A stretch of 64,000 nucleotides of DNA from positions 896,001 through 960,000 of the forward strand of contig CBDCYI010000004.1 in the NCBI GenBank assembly GCA_965224085.1. Direction: 5' to 3'. This DNA is from Candidatus Marinacidobacterales bacterium (GTDB lineage Bacteria > Acidobacteriota > Vicinamibacteria > Marinacidobacterales > SMYC01). The notes under the pieces were generated by a model, which saw only the letters and a program-made list of their open reading frames with translations, was not told the origin of the DNA and searched no databases. Position 1 is the stretch's first letter, and every line of letters begins with the position of its first letter. Positions 28,999 to 40,311 of this stretch are shown here, piece by piece. A program made the position numbers and the translations under genes.

Positions 28999-30000
28999 TT
29001 ACTGGACAACGAGGAGCCTCTCGATCATGCGGCGCGCTGCGATCGGCCCCTGATCGACGCGGAGGTTCACGATGGTTACGTCGGGAGGATCCGCGTCCAT
29101 GTTCCGCTGCTGCGCTTCGAGCATTTCGGTATCCTCGAGCGCCGTCCGGTAGACTTCGTCCATCATGACTTTAGTGAGCTTTTCGTCGTCGAGCTCGAAG
29201 TTGCGGTAGAAGCACAGAAACTGGTGATGGGACTTCTCCGTCTCGGGTGTAATCGGGCTCAGTACGATCATTCGCCGCTCTTCGCTCGGCTCGCGGACTC
29301 CGGCCGGGCGCACGCTCATCTCGAGCAAACAATAGCCAGGCGGCCAGAAATGGATGACTTGCTCCCGGTCGGCCATCTCGAAGCCCATGATCTTGATGAA
29401 GGTCGACGGATTCTTGACATTCTTGAATCCGCGGCTCACGGCCACGTGGTTGTCTTCGATCAACGTGTCCGGGAGCATGTAGGGCACGTAATCCGTGCCG
29501 ACCGTCCGTGAGTGCAGGTAGGACGCATGCGTAAGGTCGAGCACGTTCTCCGTGATGAGCATCGCGCTTGAGCGCGTGTGAATCATCACGCCGTCACCAG
29601 CCCAATCTGAATCCGTCTGAATCGCATATTGCGTCGGGATCGCGTCCAGGTCGGCGGCGGCGGGATCGCCCATCCAAATCCAGAGAAACCCGTAGCGCTC
29701 GATAAGGGGGAAAGCTCTCGTATGCGCCGCGTTCTGGATGTGATCCTGACCGGGGACATGCGTACAGGCACCGTCGGGACCGAAGCGCATGCCGTGATAG
29801 GCGCACTGCACGTCGTCGCCGATGAGTTGTCCAAGTGAGAGCGGCGCGCGCCGATGCGGGCATCGGTCGTCCATTGCGACCGCTCTCCCATCTTCGGTGC
29901 GATACATCAGAACGGGAACGTCGAGAATCCGCCGCGCGAACGGTGCCCGCGCGACTTCGTAGCTCCACGCAGAAACGTACCAATAGTTTTTCAGAAACAT
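28999..30000 (-). CDS. Rieske non-heme iron oxygenase alpha subunit (VanA-like)
   Basis: CPHRRAPL..CAYHG, ENVLDLTHASYLH and EDTEMLEAQQ. Confidence 0.92.
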   Translation of the reverse strand: MFLKNYWYVSAWSYEVARAPFARRILDVPVLMYRTEDGRAVAMDDRCPHRRAPLSLGQLIGDDVQCAYHGMRFGPDGACTHVPGQDHIQNAAHTRAFPLIERYGFLWIWMGDPAAADLDAIPTQYAIQTDSDWAGDGVMIHTRSSAMLITENVLDLTHASYLHSRTVGTDYVPYMLPDTLIEDNHVAVSRGFKNVKNPSTFIKIMGFEMADREQVIHFWPPGYCLLEMSVRPAGVREPSEERRMIVLSPITPETEKSHHQFLCFYRNFELDDEKLTKVMMDEVYRTALEDTEMLEAQQRNMDADPPDVTIVNLRVDQGPIAARRMIERLLVVQ

Positions 30001-30128
30001 CGCGCTATCTTACTACTTGAGATATTTCAAGAGCTCTTCCTTATAAGCGGTTGCCGCCGTGGTCTGGCGAATACCGCTATCGATTTCATGAGTCCAACTC
30101 CCATGGAGTAATGGAGTAGCATTCTACG

Positions 30129-30368
30129 ATGTTCGGAGCGCAAAAGCTGCTTGTCGGGGTGATCCACCTTCCGCCGCTCCCCGGCTACCCCGAGAGTCCC
30201 GGAATGGACGCGGTCCTCGACAAAGCGCTCGCCGATCTTCGCGCACTCGAAACCGGCCCTGTCGAAGCCGCTCTCGTCGAGAACGAGAACGACAAGCCGC
30301 ACCGCGTTGTGGCGGCGCGCGAAACGATCGCGGCGATGACAAAGCGACATCCAGCCGAGCGAGAGTAA
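30129..30368 (+). pseudogene. BtpA/SgcQ family, truncated
   Basis: LVGVIHLPPLPGYP..LVENENDKP, only 79 aa. Confidence 0.8.
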
Positions 30369-30492
30369 GCCCTACCTGATCGTCTCGAGCGAGCTCGACA
30401 CACGGCGGCTCGTCACCTACTGCCATACCGCGTCCGACGCCTTCGTTCCCGACTTGATGCGGCGGATACTCGACGTCCCGTAATTTGAGAGT

Positions 30493-31569
30493 TTAAGCCT
30501 CGACTTCTTCTTTGGCGTCCGCTTTTTCGGAAATCGGCACCTTTTCGGAGATTGGCCCTTCTCCGGGCTTCACGGTCACCGGGTCGAGAAACGGCATCAT
30601 CTTCCGGAGCTCAGCGCCGACACGCTCGATCAGGTGGTCCTGCTCAATCAAGCGGGTCTCGTTGAACCACGGGCGGCCGCTCTCGTTTTCCTCGATCCAC
30701 TTCTTGGCATAGGTGCCGTCGCGGATCTCGTCGAGGACGCGCTTCATCTCCTTGCGAGTCTCGTCGGTGATGACGCGCGGCCCGCCCGTGTAGTCCCCAT
30801 GCTCCGCGGTATCGGAGACGGAGTACCGCATGTAGTTCACGCCGCCGCGATACATAAGATCCACGATCAGCTTCAGCTCGTGCAGACATTCGAAATAAGC
30901 CATTTCCGGCTGATAGCCCGCTTCTACGAGCGTGTCGAAGCCCGCTTTTACAAGATGGCTCACGCCGCCGCAGAGAACCGTCTGCTCGCCGAACAGATCC
31001 GTCTCCGTCTCTTCTCCGAAAGTCGTCTCCAAAACGCCCGCGCGGCTTCCGCCAATCCCCATCGCGTAGGAAAGCCCGAATTCCTTCGCGTTTCCCGACA
31101 CGTCTTGATGGATGGCGAGAAGAACCGGCGTGCCTTCGCCGTCGACATAAGTCTCGCGGACGCTGTGGCCCGGCGCTTTCGGAGCGATCATCGAAACGTC
31201 CACGTCGTCGGGTGGCACGATGGTCTTGTAGTGAATGCTGAAGCCGTGGGCGAACATGAGCGTGTTGCCAGCCGTCAAGCCCGGCTCGATCTCCTCTTTG
31301 TAGATCTTCGGCTGCTTCGTGTCGGGTGCGAGCACCATGACCACATCGGCCCAATCGGCGACCTCCGCGACGCTCCCCACCTGAAGACCGTCCGCTTCGA
31401 CCTTCGCCCGGCTGCGGCTATCGGAACGAAGCCCGACGCGTACCTCGACCCCGCTATCCTTCAAGTTCAACGCATGCGCGTGGCCTTGCGAGCCATAGCC
31501 GATGACGGCGACTTTCTTTCCTCGCACGATCGCGAGATCGGCGTCTTTGTCGTAGTAAATCGTTGCCAT
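30493..31569 (-). CDS. ilvC: Ketol-acid reductoisomerase
   Basis: [30 protein letters not shown] and AYFECLHE. Confidence 0.97.
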   Translation of the reverse strand: MATIYYDKDADLAIVRGKKVAVIGYGSQGHAHALNLKDSGVEVRVGLRSDSRSRAKVEADGLQVGSVAEVADWADVVMVLAPDTKQPKIYKEEIEPGLTAGNTLMFAHGFSIHYKTIVPPDDVDVSMIAPKAPGHSVRETYVDGEGTPVLLAIHQDVSGNAKEFGLSYAMGIGGSRAGVLETTFGEETETDLFGEQTVLCGGVSHLVKAGFDTLVEAGYQPEMAYFECLHELKLIVDLMYRGGVNYMRYSVSDTAEHGDYTGGPRVITDETRKEMKRVLDEIRDGTYAKKWIEENESGRPWFNETRLIEQDHLIERVGAELRKMMPFLDPVTVKPGEGPISEKVPISEKADAKEEVEA

Positions 31570-32100
31570 TTAAACCACTCCTTCGTGTGCAAGTTCCTCG
31601 GCAGTCGTTTGTTCGCGTGCCATCGCTACCCGTCCCGTACGCGCGAGCCCTAGAATGCCAAAAGGCCGCAGCACTTCCACAAGCCGATTGATTTTGTCCT
31701 CGGTTCCCGTAATCTCGAAAATCAAAGCGTCTGGGCTCACATCCACGACCCGGGCCCGAAACACTTCCGCAACCTGCATGACCTCCGCCCGCCGTTGGTG
31801 GCCGGCCCGAACCTTGATAAGAGCCAGATCGCGAGTGACGGACGGGACGTTCGAGACGTCTTCGACGTCCAGAACATTCACCAGCTTATACAAATTCGCT
31901 TCGACGAGTCGAGCCGTGCGGTCATCGGCATTCATGACGATCGTGATGTGGGAGACGCCCGGGCGGTCCGTATGCCCGACAGCTAGCGACTCGATGTTGT
32001 AGGCGCGCCGGCGAAAGAGCGACGCCACACGGTCCAAAACGCCCGGTCGGTCTTCGACGAGAACGACGAAAGTGCGGGGGCGCATGCTCGGCTCCATCAC
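31570..32100 (-). CDS. ilvN: Acetolactate synthase regulatory subunit
   Basis: VEDRPGVLDRVASLFRRRAYNIESL, KLVNV and ARTG. Confidence 0.96.
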   Translation of the reverse strand: MMEPSMRPRTFVVLVEDRPGVLDRVASLFRRRAYNIESLAVGHTDRPGVSHITIVMNADDRTARLVEANLYKLVNVLDVEDVSNVPSVTRDLALIKVRAGHQRRAEVMQVAEVFRARVVDVSPDALIFEITGTEDKINRLVEVLRPFGILGLARTGRVAMAREQTTAEELAHEGVV

Positions 32101-32101
32101 G

Positions 32102-33847
32102 CTAGTCCTTTTTCACCAGCGCCGAGTCGTCTTTCTTCTTGAGCGGCGGTTCCGGCCGCCGGATCATCGTTTCGATTTCCTTGCCTGGAGGCACCATTGG
32201 GTAGACAGTGTCTTCCTTCTCGACGCGAAAATCGATCACGACGGTCCCGTCCGCCCCACGCGCGGTGGCGACAGCCTCTTCGATGCCCGCCCGCTTTTTC
32301 ACGCGCAGCCCAAGGAGACCGTGCGCCTCAGCGAGCTTGACGAAATCCGGGTTCTGCATCGGGGTCGACGCGTAGCGCTTGTCGTAGAAAAATTCCTGCC
32401 ATTGGCGCACCATTCCGAGATAGCCATTATTAATGATGGCGATGTTCACTTTCAGCTTCTCTTGCGCACAGGTCGATAGCTCCGCTGCCGTCATCTGAAA
32501 TCCGCCGTCACCCACGACGACCCAAACTTCCTCGTCCGGCCGCGCGAACTTCGCGCCGATGGCCGCGGGGAGCGCGAAGCCCATGGTACCGAGACCGCCG
32601 GAGGTGATGAGCTTTCGCGGCGCGTCGTGCTTGTAATATTGTGCCTCCCACATTTGGTGCTGGCCGACATCGGTGACGACGAGAGCATTCCCTTCCGTCA
32701 AGTTCCACAAATCGCTGATGACGTGGGCCGCATAGAGATGGCCGCTATCGGGAAGCTGCTGAATGTCACGGACCGCTGAGCCACCCTTGAGATCGCGGAT
32801 GAAGCCGTGCCACGGCGCTAAGTCCTGGCAGGATACTTTCGGCGCAAGAGCGTCGAGCAAGCCCGCGAGATCGCCGATGAGGGCGACGTCGACTTGAACG
32901 ATCTTGTTCACCTCGGAAGGGTCGATCTCGACATGGATCTTGCGTGCAGCCGGGGCAAACTTTTTCGGGTCACCGACAACGCGATCGTCGAAGCGCATGC
33001 CAAGCGCGAGCAGAACGTCGGCGTTTTGGATGGCTTGGTTCACCCAAGCCTCGCCGTGCATGCCCATCATGCCGAGATTCAATGGATGGGTCGCGGGAAA
33101 GCCGCCAATACCGAGAAGCGTCATCGCGACGGGGATCTTTGTCTTCTCCACGAAGTCGTCGAGCCGCCGTGTCGCGCCCGAAAGCGTCACGCCGCGTCCC
33201 AGGAGAATGAGGGGGCGCTTCGCAGTGCTCAGGATCTCCGCGGCGTGCTCGAGCTCTTCCGGGCTTACCGTGTGTAGCGGGCGCCTCCTCGCGGAGGACG
33301 ACGGAAGCTTGACTGGCGCCTCATCCCATACATAGTCACATTTACCCTGCTGCGCGTCCTTAGTGATGTCGATGAGCACGGGACCAGGACGACCGCTCTC
33401 GGCGATATGGAACGCCTGTTTGATGATCGGGGCAATGTTCTCGGTCTTGGTCACGAGAAAATTGTGCTTCGTGATCGGCAGGGTAACGCCCGTGATGTCC
33501 GTTTCTTGAAACGCATCTGTACCGATGACACTGCTCGGAACTTGCCCTGTAATGAAGACGACCGGCGACGAATCGAGCATCGCGGTGGCGATCCCCGTGA
33601 CGAGATTCGTGGCTCCTGGGCCCGAGGTCGCGATCGCGACGCCGGCGCGCCCAGCAGCGCGCCCAAAGCCATCGGCCATGTGCGCCGCACCTTGCTCGTG
33701 CCGCACGAGAACATGATGAATACTCGAATCGAGAAGGGCGTCGTAGGCAGGTAAAATCGCGCCGCCAGGATAGCCGAAGACCGTCTCGACGCCTTGGTGC
33801 TCGAGAACATCCCAGAGGATCTGTGCTCCTGTCTTGCGCGTTGTCAT
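32102..33847 (-). CDS. ilvB: Acetolactate synthase large subunit
   Basis: FGYPGGA, RHEQGA, TSGPGATN, RFDDRV, GDGGFQM and GMVRQWQ. Confidence 0.97.
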   Translation of the reverse strand: MTTRKTGAQILWDVLEHQGVETVFGYPGGAILPAYDALLDSSIHHVLVRHEQGAAHMADGFGRAAGRAGVAIATSGPGATNLVTGIATAMLDSSPVVFITGQVPSSVIGTDAFQETDITGVTLPITKHNFLVTKTENIAPIIKQAFHIAESGRPGPVLIDITKDAQQGKCDYVWDEAPVKLPSSSARRRPLHTVSPEELEHAAEILSTAKRPLILLGRGVTLSGATRRLDDFVEKTKIPVAMTLLGIGGFPATHPLNLGMMGMHGEAWVNQAIQNADVLLALGMRFDDRVVGDPKKFAPAARKIHVEIDPSEVNKIVQVDVALIGDLAGLLDALAPKVSCQDLAPWHGFIRDLKGGSAVRDIQQLPDSGHLYAAHVISDLWNLTEGNALVVTDVGQHQMWEAQYYKHDAPRKLITSGGLGTMGFALPAAIGAKFARPDEEVWVVVGDGGFQMTAAELSTCAQEKLKVNIAIINNGYLGMVRQWQEFFYDKRYASTPMQNPDFVKLAEAHGLLGLRVKKRAGIEEAVATARGADGTVVIDFRVEKEDTVYPMVPPGKEIETMIRRPEPPLKKKDDSALVKKD

Positions 33848-33859
33848 GATTTACTTAAT

Positions 33860-33877
33860 TTACCGACCGGTTGGTAA
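33860..33877. promoter_or_regulatory. Palindromic operator-like site upstream of ilvB
   Basis: ttaccgaccggttggtaa, 16/18 self-complementary, ~12 bp before the ATG. Confidence 0.55.
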
Positions 33878-34024
33878 TCAAAACATCTTAACACAAATGG
33901 AGACAGCGCCCAATTCGTGCTAACCGATTCTAACGTAAAGGCTTGACACGACCCTGTAAATCTGAAAATCTCCGACCATGGTAGCGCCACGGCAACGATG
34001 ACGAAACGAGCTTCTCATCGCCGT

Positions 34025-34740
34025 CTACAGAGCGCGGAAATCGACGCGAGCGTCGAGCTCGAGGGTGCGTTGCTCGATGCGTTTGTCCCCGCGGTCGCGC
34101 GCGGCGGGCGGAACCCTCGAGCCAAGAAACACTGACTTGCCGTGACGCGACGCATTAGTAAAAGACGATTTTATCACCGCGCAGGGACGCGAGCTCCCGC
34201 ACGTGTTCGACGAGCAGGTCGCGCCGGGCGAGAAGGTTGCGCACCTCGAGGCCATCGAGATATGGCGACACCGCTCGGCGGAGCTCATCGCCAGTGAGTG
34301 CAACGATCTTCTCCCACAAACGGCGATCCACTCAAACGATGCGATCGTCGAGAAGCTCGGGTACGATCTGAAACGCGCGCGTGTGGTCAATGAGCCAGAG
34401 TCGATGCTCGCGGTCGACGAGCAGATTCGCCGAGTTTCGATCCACGTTGAATTACCAAGTTGTCGACAAGTACATGCTCCAGAGCTGGTTCACCAACTGC
34501 TGAGCGTTTGCGGGTCGAAAGAGCCGATCGCCCACCTTCGCATTCTCCCGCTCGACATCCACCTCCCGGAAGATCGCGTGGGCGCGAATTCCATCTTTTT
34601 CGAGAAGGATCTTGCGGGACTCGTTGATCCCGATGTCGAGTGGTCGCGACACTCTCTACGCTTCCGGTGCGAAGGAAATGGATGAGCTCCTCATCCCGTT
34701 CGAAACGGGAGCTCGGTCCCGGTGGGAGCGAGCCACGCAT
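34025..34740 (-). pseudogene. Fragmented hypothetical gene
   Basis: Protein-like fragments in several frames (RDEELIHFLRTG; IGINESRKILLEKDGIRAHAIFREVD); no intact ORF. Confidence 0.4.
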
Positions 34741-34932
34741 GTTCGCTTTGTATGGCAAACGCCGAGGCCGCAAAGATGAGACCGGCGAGACTCAGCTTCA
34801 GCTTCATCATCGCACCGAGCCTACCACAGGCATTTGACGAGCCTCGGATGCTTTCACCCGGTACAACGCGATTCGCTTCACAACTTCCCGACAGCTAGAA
34901 TCACGCGGACCAGTGTTCTGAGAGGATCGTCG

Positions 34933-35394
34933 ATGCTATCGACCATGGAGCTCATCGTCGCGCTCAAGGAGATATCCCTTTTCGCCGCCGTCCGCGGGGA
35001 GGGGTTGAAGCGCATCTCCGACGCGGTTCGGGAAACGCGGATGGCCAGCGGGGAGCTCATTTTCGCCGAGCGGGATCGCGGCGACGAAATGTACATGATC
35101 CATTCCGGGAAAGTCTCGATTTTTGCCGGCCACGCCCCCTCCGAGAAGCTTATCGCGACACTCAACAGAGGAGCTTACTTCGGAGAGATGGCCATTATTG
35201 ACGACCAACCGCGACCCGCCTCTGCGAGGGCCGAAGAGACCTCGACGTTGCTCGTCCTTCGCAAGCGGGATTTTCGTGTTGCGGTGCTCGATTATCCAGA
35301 CATCGCTTTCGCGATGTTCGAGGAGTTCGCCCGGCGTCTACGCAAAGTGAACGAACAGGCCTATTCTCCGTCGGGAGCACATGGAGATTCGTAA
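34933..35394 (+). CDS. Stand-alone cyclic-nucleotide-binding domain protein
   Basis: LKEISLF, GDEMYMIHSGKV and YFGEMAIIDDQPRPASARA. Confidence 0.9.
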   Translation: MLSTMELIVALKEISLFAAVRGEGLKRISDAVRETRMASGELIFAERDRGDEMYMIHSGKVSIFAGHAPSEKLIATLNRGAYFGEMAIIDDQPRPASARAEETSTLLVLRKRDFRVAVLDYPDIAFAMFEEFARRLRKVNEQAYSPSGAHGDS

Positions 35395-38200
35395 AGCTTT
35401 CAACATCCTCGAGATGGACCAGCGTCCCATCCTGCTCCTCGGGGCGCTCCACTTTGTGGTGGCGGCAGCGTACACGCTTTTCGATATCGGCATCACATCG
35501 CTCCTGGTAGCGAATCTCGGCGCGGAGGTGCTGCCACAAGTCTATGTTGGAAGTGCGCTGCTTCTCATCTTCGCCAGTCTGTTCATCATTCCAGTCATCG
35601 ATCGGCTGGACCGATTCAAGCTCTTCGCGGCGACGCTGATCCTTTTCGCCGCCGTGCTAGCCCTCTCACACCATCAGGGCGAGCAAGCTCCAGGTCTCAT
35701 CTATCGCGCGCTCTACGTGCTCTCCTATCTGATGAAGAGCTTGCTCTTCCTGCAGTTCTGGCTGATCGCAGGCGAGGTCTGTGACCTCCGGCAAGCGAAG
35801 CGCTTGTTCCCCATCTTGCTCGGCTTCAGCCTTGCAGGAGGAGTGACCGCCTCGGCGGCGGCCTCCATACTGCCGCGATGGATGCCCACGGAAGATCTTC
35901 TGCTGACCGCCGCCGTGTTGCTGGTAGCCGCGCTAATTCCGACGCGTAGCGTCGCCCAACAATACGGAGCTCATCTCGAACGACCTCAGATCCCAGGAAG
36001 ATTCAAGGTGAAGGACTCCCTCTATCGCCTTTGGTCCGATTTGCGCATCTCGCTCTCATCGCCCCTCCTGAGAAGCATCTCGACGTCGTTCCTGCTGTTC
36101 GCCTTTCTGGCACAGGTGCTCGACTTTCTCATGGGTAAAGCTGCAAGTGTCCGATTTACAGAAATGGGGGGAGTCGACGCAGAAGCGCTCACCTCCTTCT
36201 ATGCTCTGTTGAACGGCAGTGTCATCGGAGTAGGCGCCTTAGTGCAGCTTCTCGCCGCCAACCGGCTGATCTCCTCGCTCGGCGTTACCCGAGGGCAGCT
36301 TGCAGCTCCGCTCGCGGTTCTCACCGGCTTCGCCTCAATTGGGGTGGTGCTGATCGCGACTTCCGACGCGCTCGGACCGGAATTCTTTTTCGCCGTGCTC
36401 GCAAGCCGAGCCGTGCAAAAGGTGCTGCGGATCTCCATCCATCGGACCTCTACAGACCTCGTCTTCAATCCGATTCCCGCCGATCGGCGTGGCCGTGCTA
36501 AAGCCTTCAAGGAAACGATCATCGAGCCCGCGGGCGTGCTGATAGGAGGGCTCTTCCTGCTTGCTAACGACTTGTTCGAGCTGCGCACACTCGTCATCGC
36601 AGCGCTCGTAGTGTCGGGAGCGTTTCTTCTGGTCTCCCTTCGATTGCACTCCGCTTACCTCGCAAGCCTGGTCGGGATCCTCGAAGAGAAGAGCCGGCTT
36701 CGCTTTGCGTTCCCATCGAGCGATGCACCGCAAGCGATGGTACAAACGCGGCGAACACGGGATATGTCGGATCTCGAAAGAGCTCTGAACGACGACGAAG
36801 TTTCGGTGAGACTCCTCGGCGTCGAGGTAGCCGCCGAGCTCCGCGATCCCGCCGCTGCCCCGCTTCTCGCTGACGGCGTGCGCCGGGAGCAGGATCCACG
36901 GGTGCGCGCCACGATGGTGGCGGCACTCGGTCGCCTGCTGCGCAAAAACGACGAATCGATGCGGCTCCTGGAACCGGCGCTCGAGGACAGGGACCCGAGG
37001 GTACGCGCCAACGGGATCGAAGCACTCGCCCAGATCGGCCTGGCACACCCGGACTCACTGCTCCCGTCCTTCGAGACGGATCCGGAAGCGAGAATCCGCG
37101 CCAACGCGGCGGTCGCCTGTAGTCGCTTCGATCCGGAGCGGGGAGCCGACTATGGCCGCGAGATTCTCGAAGAGATGTACCGGACCGAGGAGGAGGCGCA
37201 CCAACGTTCGGCGCTGTACGGACTGGGCGAGATCGGCGATGCCCGCTCCATTAGGCTCCTGGACGAAGCGCTCGTCGACGAGAGTCTGGCGGTCCGCCGT
37301 CAAGCTATTCTCAGCCTGGCCCAGGCCGGTCGGCGCGAGGCGATCGGGCGTCTCGTTCGATTCATGGAGGAAGGCAACGGCACCACGCGCCGGCTCGCCG
37401 CGCGGGCTCTTGCCGGTTCGGGAGAAGCGGCGGTCGAACCGCTCCTTCTCTCGCTCTGGGGCTCTGAAGTCGACGTGCGACGCCACGCCATCGAGGCGCT
37501 GGACGGGATCGGATCGACACGGGCGGACCAGGCACTTCTCCAAATCCTCTCACTCGAAGCCGAGCAGTCCTACTACGACCTCGTGCGCTTGCAGAGACTC
37601 CGAACCCTTCCGCAGAAGCCGGGTCTTCGCCTCGTATGCGACGCGCTCGTCGACCGCGTCAAGGGCGCCAAAGAGAACACTCTCGACGTTCTGGACAGCG
37701 TCTTCGGTGAGCGCGACGGCATGCGCCTCATCCTCGGAAATCTCACCCACCCCGAGCTCAACGTGCGATCGAACGCCGTCGAGGCGCTCGAAGTGCGCGT
37801 CGACGCCGATGTTCTGGGCGGCATCCAGCCCCTCTTCGAGCACGCGAACCTGACAACCGTCGCCGAACATGGCCGGACGCTCTATGACCTTCCGACCAAA
37901 CAGCCGATCGAGGTGCTCTTCGAGCTGGCCCGCGACCCCTCCGGCTGGACTCGGGCCTGCGCCCTATACGCGCTCGGTGAGCTCGGGAGTCAAGAGGCGG
38001 TCCAGCATCTCGCACAGAGGACCAACGACCCCTATGAGCTGGCGCGCTTGAACGCCATCCACGGGCTTGGCCGTCTCGCGTCGAAGAGCAGCCTCTCGAT
38101 CCTGGAGCGTATCGACAAGGGCAAGGACACGACCGCGCGCCAATACGCGAAGGATGCTATCAAGAGCATCAAATCGCGCATCATCATCGCAAGCGATTAG
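35381..38200 (+). CDS. Npt/TLC-like (MFS) membrane protein fused to HEAT repeats
   Basis: About 12 TM segments with QFW..DLRQAKRLFP and PIPADRRGRAKAF, then repeated D.DPRVRA.A..AL HEAT units. Confidence 0.85.
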   Translation: MEIRKAFNILEMDQRPILLLGALHFVVAAAYTLFDIGITSLLVANLGAEVLPQVYVGSALLLIFASLFIIPVIDRLDRFKLFAATLILFAAVLALSHHQGEQAPGLIYRALYVLSYLMKSLLFLQFWLIAGEVCDLRQAKRLFPILLGFSLAGGVTASAAASILPRWMPTEDLLLTAAVLLVAALIPTRSVAQQYGAHLERPQIPGRFKVKDSLYRLWSDLRISLSSPLLRSISTSFLLFAFLAQVLDFLMGKAASVRFTEMGGVDAEALTSFYALLNGSVIGVGALVQLLAANRLISSLGVTRGQLAAPLAVLTGFASIGVVLIATSDALGPEFFFAVLASRAVQKVLRISIHRTSTDLVFNPIPADRRGRAKAFKETIIEPAGVLIGGLFLLANDLFELRTLVIAALVVSGAFLLVSLRLHSAYLASLVGILEEKSRLRFAFPSSDAPQAMVQTRRTRDMSDLERALNDDEVSVRLLGVEVAAELRDPAAAPLLADGVRREQDPRVRATMVAALGRLLRKNDESMRLLEPALEDRDPRVRANGIEALAQIGLAHPDSLLPSFETDPEARIRANAAVACSRFDPERGADYGREILEEMYRTEEEAHQRSALYGLGEIGDARSIRLLDEALVDESLAVRRQAILSLAQAGRREAIGRLVRFMEEGNGTTRRLAARALAGSGEAAVEPLLLSLWGSEVDVRRHAIEALDGIGSTRADQALLQILSLEAEQSYYDLVRLQRLRTLPQKPGLRLVCDALVDRVKGAKENTLDVLDSVFGERDGMRLILGNLTHPELNVRSNAVEALEVRVDADVLGGIQPLFEHANLTTVAEHGRTLYDLPTKQPIEVLFELARDPSGWTRACALYALGELGSQEAVQHLAQRTNDPYELARLNAIHGLGRLASKSSLSILERIDKGKDTTARQYAKDAIKSIKSRIIIASD

Positions 38201-38208
38201 CGTGCCCG

Positions 38209-39798
38209 CTAGATTTCCCCCAGGTCCATCTGCTTGACCGCGTAGTCACAGGCGCGCGCGGTCAACATCATGTAGGTGATCGACGGATTTACGCAGGACG
38301 AAGATGTCATACACGCGCCATCGGTTACAAAGAGGTTCGGCACGTCGTGCACCTGATTGTGGCCATTCAAGACCGACGTCGCCGGGTCGCGCCCCATCCG
38401 CGCCGTGCCCATCTCGTGGATCGTAAGTCCCGGCGGGTTGTCTTCGACGAAGGTCGAGACGTCTTTGGCGCCCGATGCGTCGAGCATTTCCGCCGCGGTC
38501 ACGGCGGCATCTTCGAGAAGCGCAGGCTCGTTCTCTGCCCACGTCATGTCGACTCGAAGCGCAGGAATACCCCATTTGTCCTTTGCGACCGGGTCAATGG
38601 TCACGTAGTTGTTCTCACTCGGCAAGCACTCACCGAAACCGTAGAATCGGAGCTTCCACGAACCATAGTTTCTGAGAGCGTGCTTGAAATCAGCGCCGAA
38701 GCCTGGGGTATCGAGTCCGTGCTGCCAGCGCTCGCGGAAGCCGCTGCCTTGAAAGCCGTAGCCGCGCAAAAAGCCACGGCTCTTCGACGTCACGTTGCGC
38801 AAACGCGGCACTTAAAGTCCGTTGGGACGCCGGCCGTAATCCGTTTTGTCCTCGTTGCCAGAAAGCGTGCCCTCGGCACCGCCACCCATGACGTGGTCCA
38901 TCAAGTTCTTGCCGAGCTGCCCGCTCGAGTTGGCGAGCCCGTCGGAAAAACGAAGTGTTTTCGAGTTCAGCAAAATGCGGGTGGACTCGAGCGCGGAGGG
39001 CGCAGAGAAAGATGACCCTTCCATAAACCTCGAAGCTCTCGTGTGTATTGGCGTCGATGACGCGGATACCGGTCGCACGGTGCGTCCCTTCGTCGTAGAT
39101 CACGCTATGAACGACGCTGTAGGGCCGGAGCGTCAGGCGTCCGGTCGCGCGCGCCACCGGCAAGGTTGCATTCACACTGCTGAAATAAGACCGTGTGATG
39201 CAGCCCCGGCGGCACGGCCCGCAATAGTGACATGGCGCGCGTCCTTTGTGCTGTTCGGTCAACACGGCGCAGCGGCCAATCGTGAGCATCCGGCCGTCGT
39301 CGAACTTCCCTTTCAGCGAGTCGCGAACGTGCTGCTCCGCACAGTTGAGCTCCATCGGCGGCAGAAACTTTCCGTCCGGAAGCTGCGGCAAGTTCTCTCT
39401 CTGGCCGCTGATGCCAGCGAACTCTTCAACGTAGTCGTACCAAGGTGCGATCTCGTCGTAGCGGATCGGCCAGTTGACGCCGATACCTTCCTTCACGTTC
39501 GCTTCGAAGTCCAGATCACTCCACCGATAGGTCTGCCGCGCCCACATGATCGAGCGCCCACCCACGTGGCGGCCGCGAATCCAATGAAACGGCTTGTCTT
39601 TGTCGAAAGTGTAGGGGTGCTCGTGATCGTTCACGAAGAACTTGCTCGACCATTCGTCACAGGCATAGCAGTTTTTTTGAATTCGAGAACGAGTGTCTCG
39701 AGCCCTTTCTCGGTGAGCTCCTTGGCGGCATAGCCGCCGCTGATGCCCGAGCCCACGACGATCGCGTCGTACTCTTTGCGCTGCGCCAGAAACACCAT
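38209..39798 (-). pseudogene. GMC oxidoreductase with a deletion, frameshifts and an internal stop
   Basis: [24 protein letters not shown] jumps to IQKNCYAC; VGGRSIMW; frameshift near 39000; TAA at 38812; HEMGTARMG and NPSITYM. Confidence 0.9.
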
Positions 39799-39800
39799 CG

Positions 39801-40260
39801 CTAGACTTCGATGTTGCGGCCGATATTGCGATCGATATTACGAATGGAAACGCAACCTTCATAAGAGCCGGGAAAGACGACATGTCCGAGCTCCTGATCC
39901 ATCCCGATTTCCGAGGTGTAGTAGCCCCAGAGCGTGAGCCATTTCATCACGTTGAAAAACGGTTGGGCCGCGGGGGAATCCGATGTCGCCACCGGACTCC
40001 TGCTCGTCGCGCGCTCCTCTTGCTCCGCGAGCGCGGCCTCCTCGGCTCTCTCCAGATCGCGATCTGCTCGGCTGTCTCGCGCTCGATGAACGGCGTTTCG
40101 TCACCGTCGAGCTCCGCCAAACCTTTTCGGAAACTTGCGCGTCTGGCCGGGATGTCCGTCGACAGTGCGATGAAGACGCGGCAGTTCTACTTGCTCTAGA
40201 CGATCATGTTCTTGAACGTCACGGCGGGCATCGGCGTGCTCGGTCAAGCCTCGCCCATGA
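39801..40260 (-). pseudogene. Gluconate 2-dehydrogenase subunit 3 family remnant
   Basis: PFFNVMKWLTLWGYYTSEIGMDQEL..PGSYEGC directly upstream of the GMC gene; 5' part broken. Confidence 0.75.
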
Positions 40261-40311
40261 TTCAGGAAGTGTTCGACAGCTTCAGCGTCTCGGCAGAGCG
40301 GGCCTACGGCG

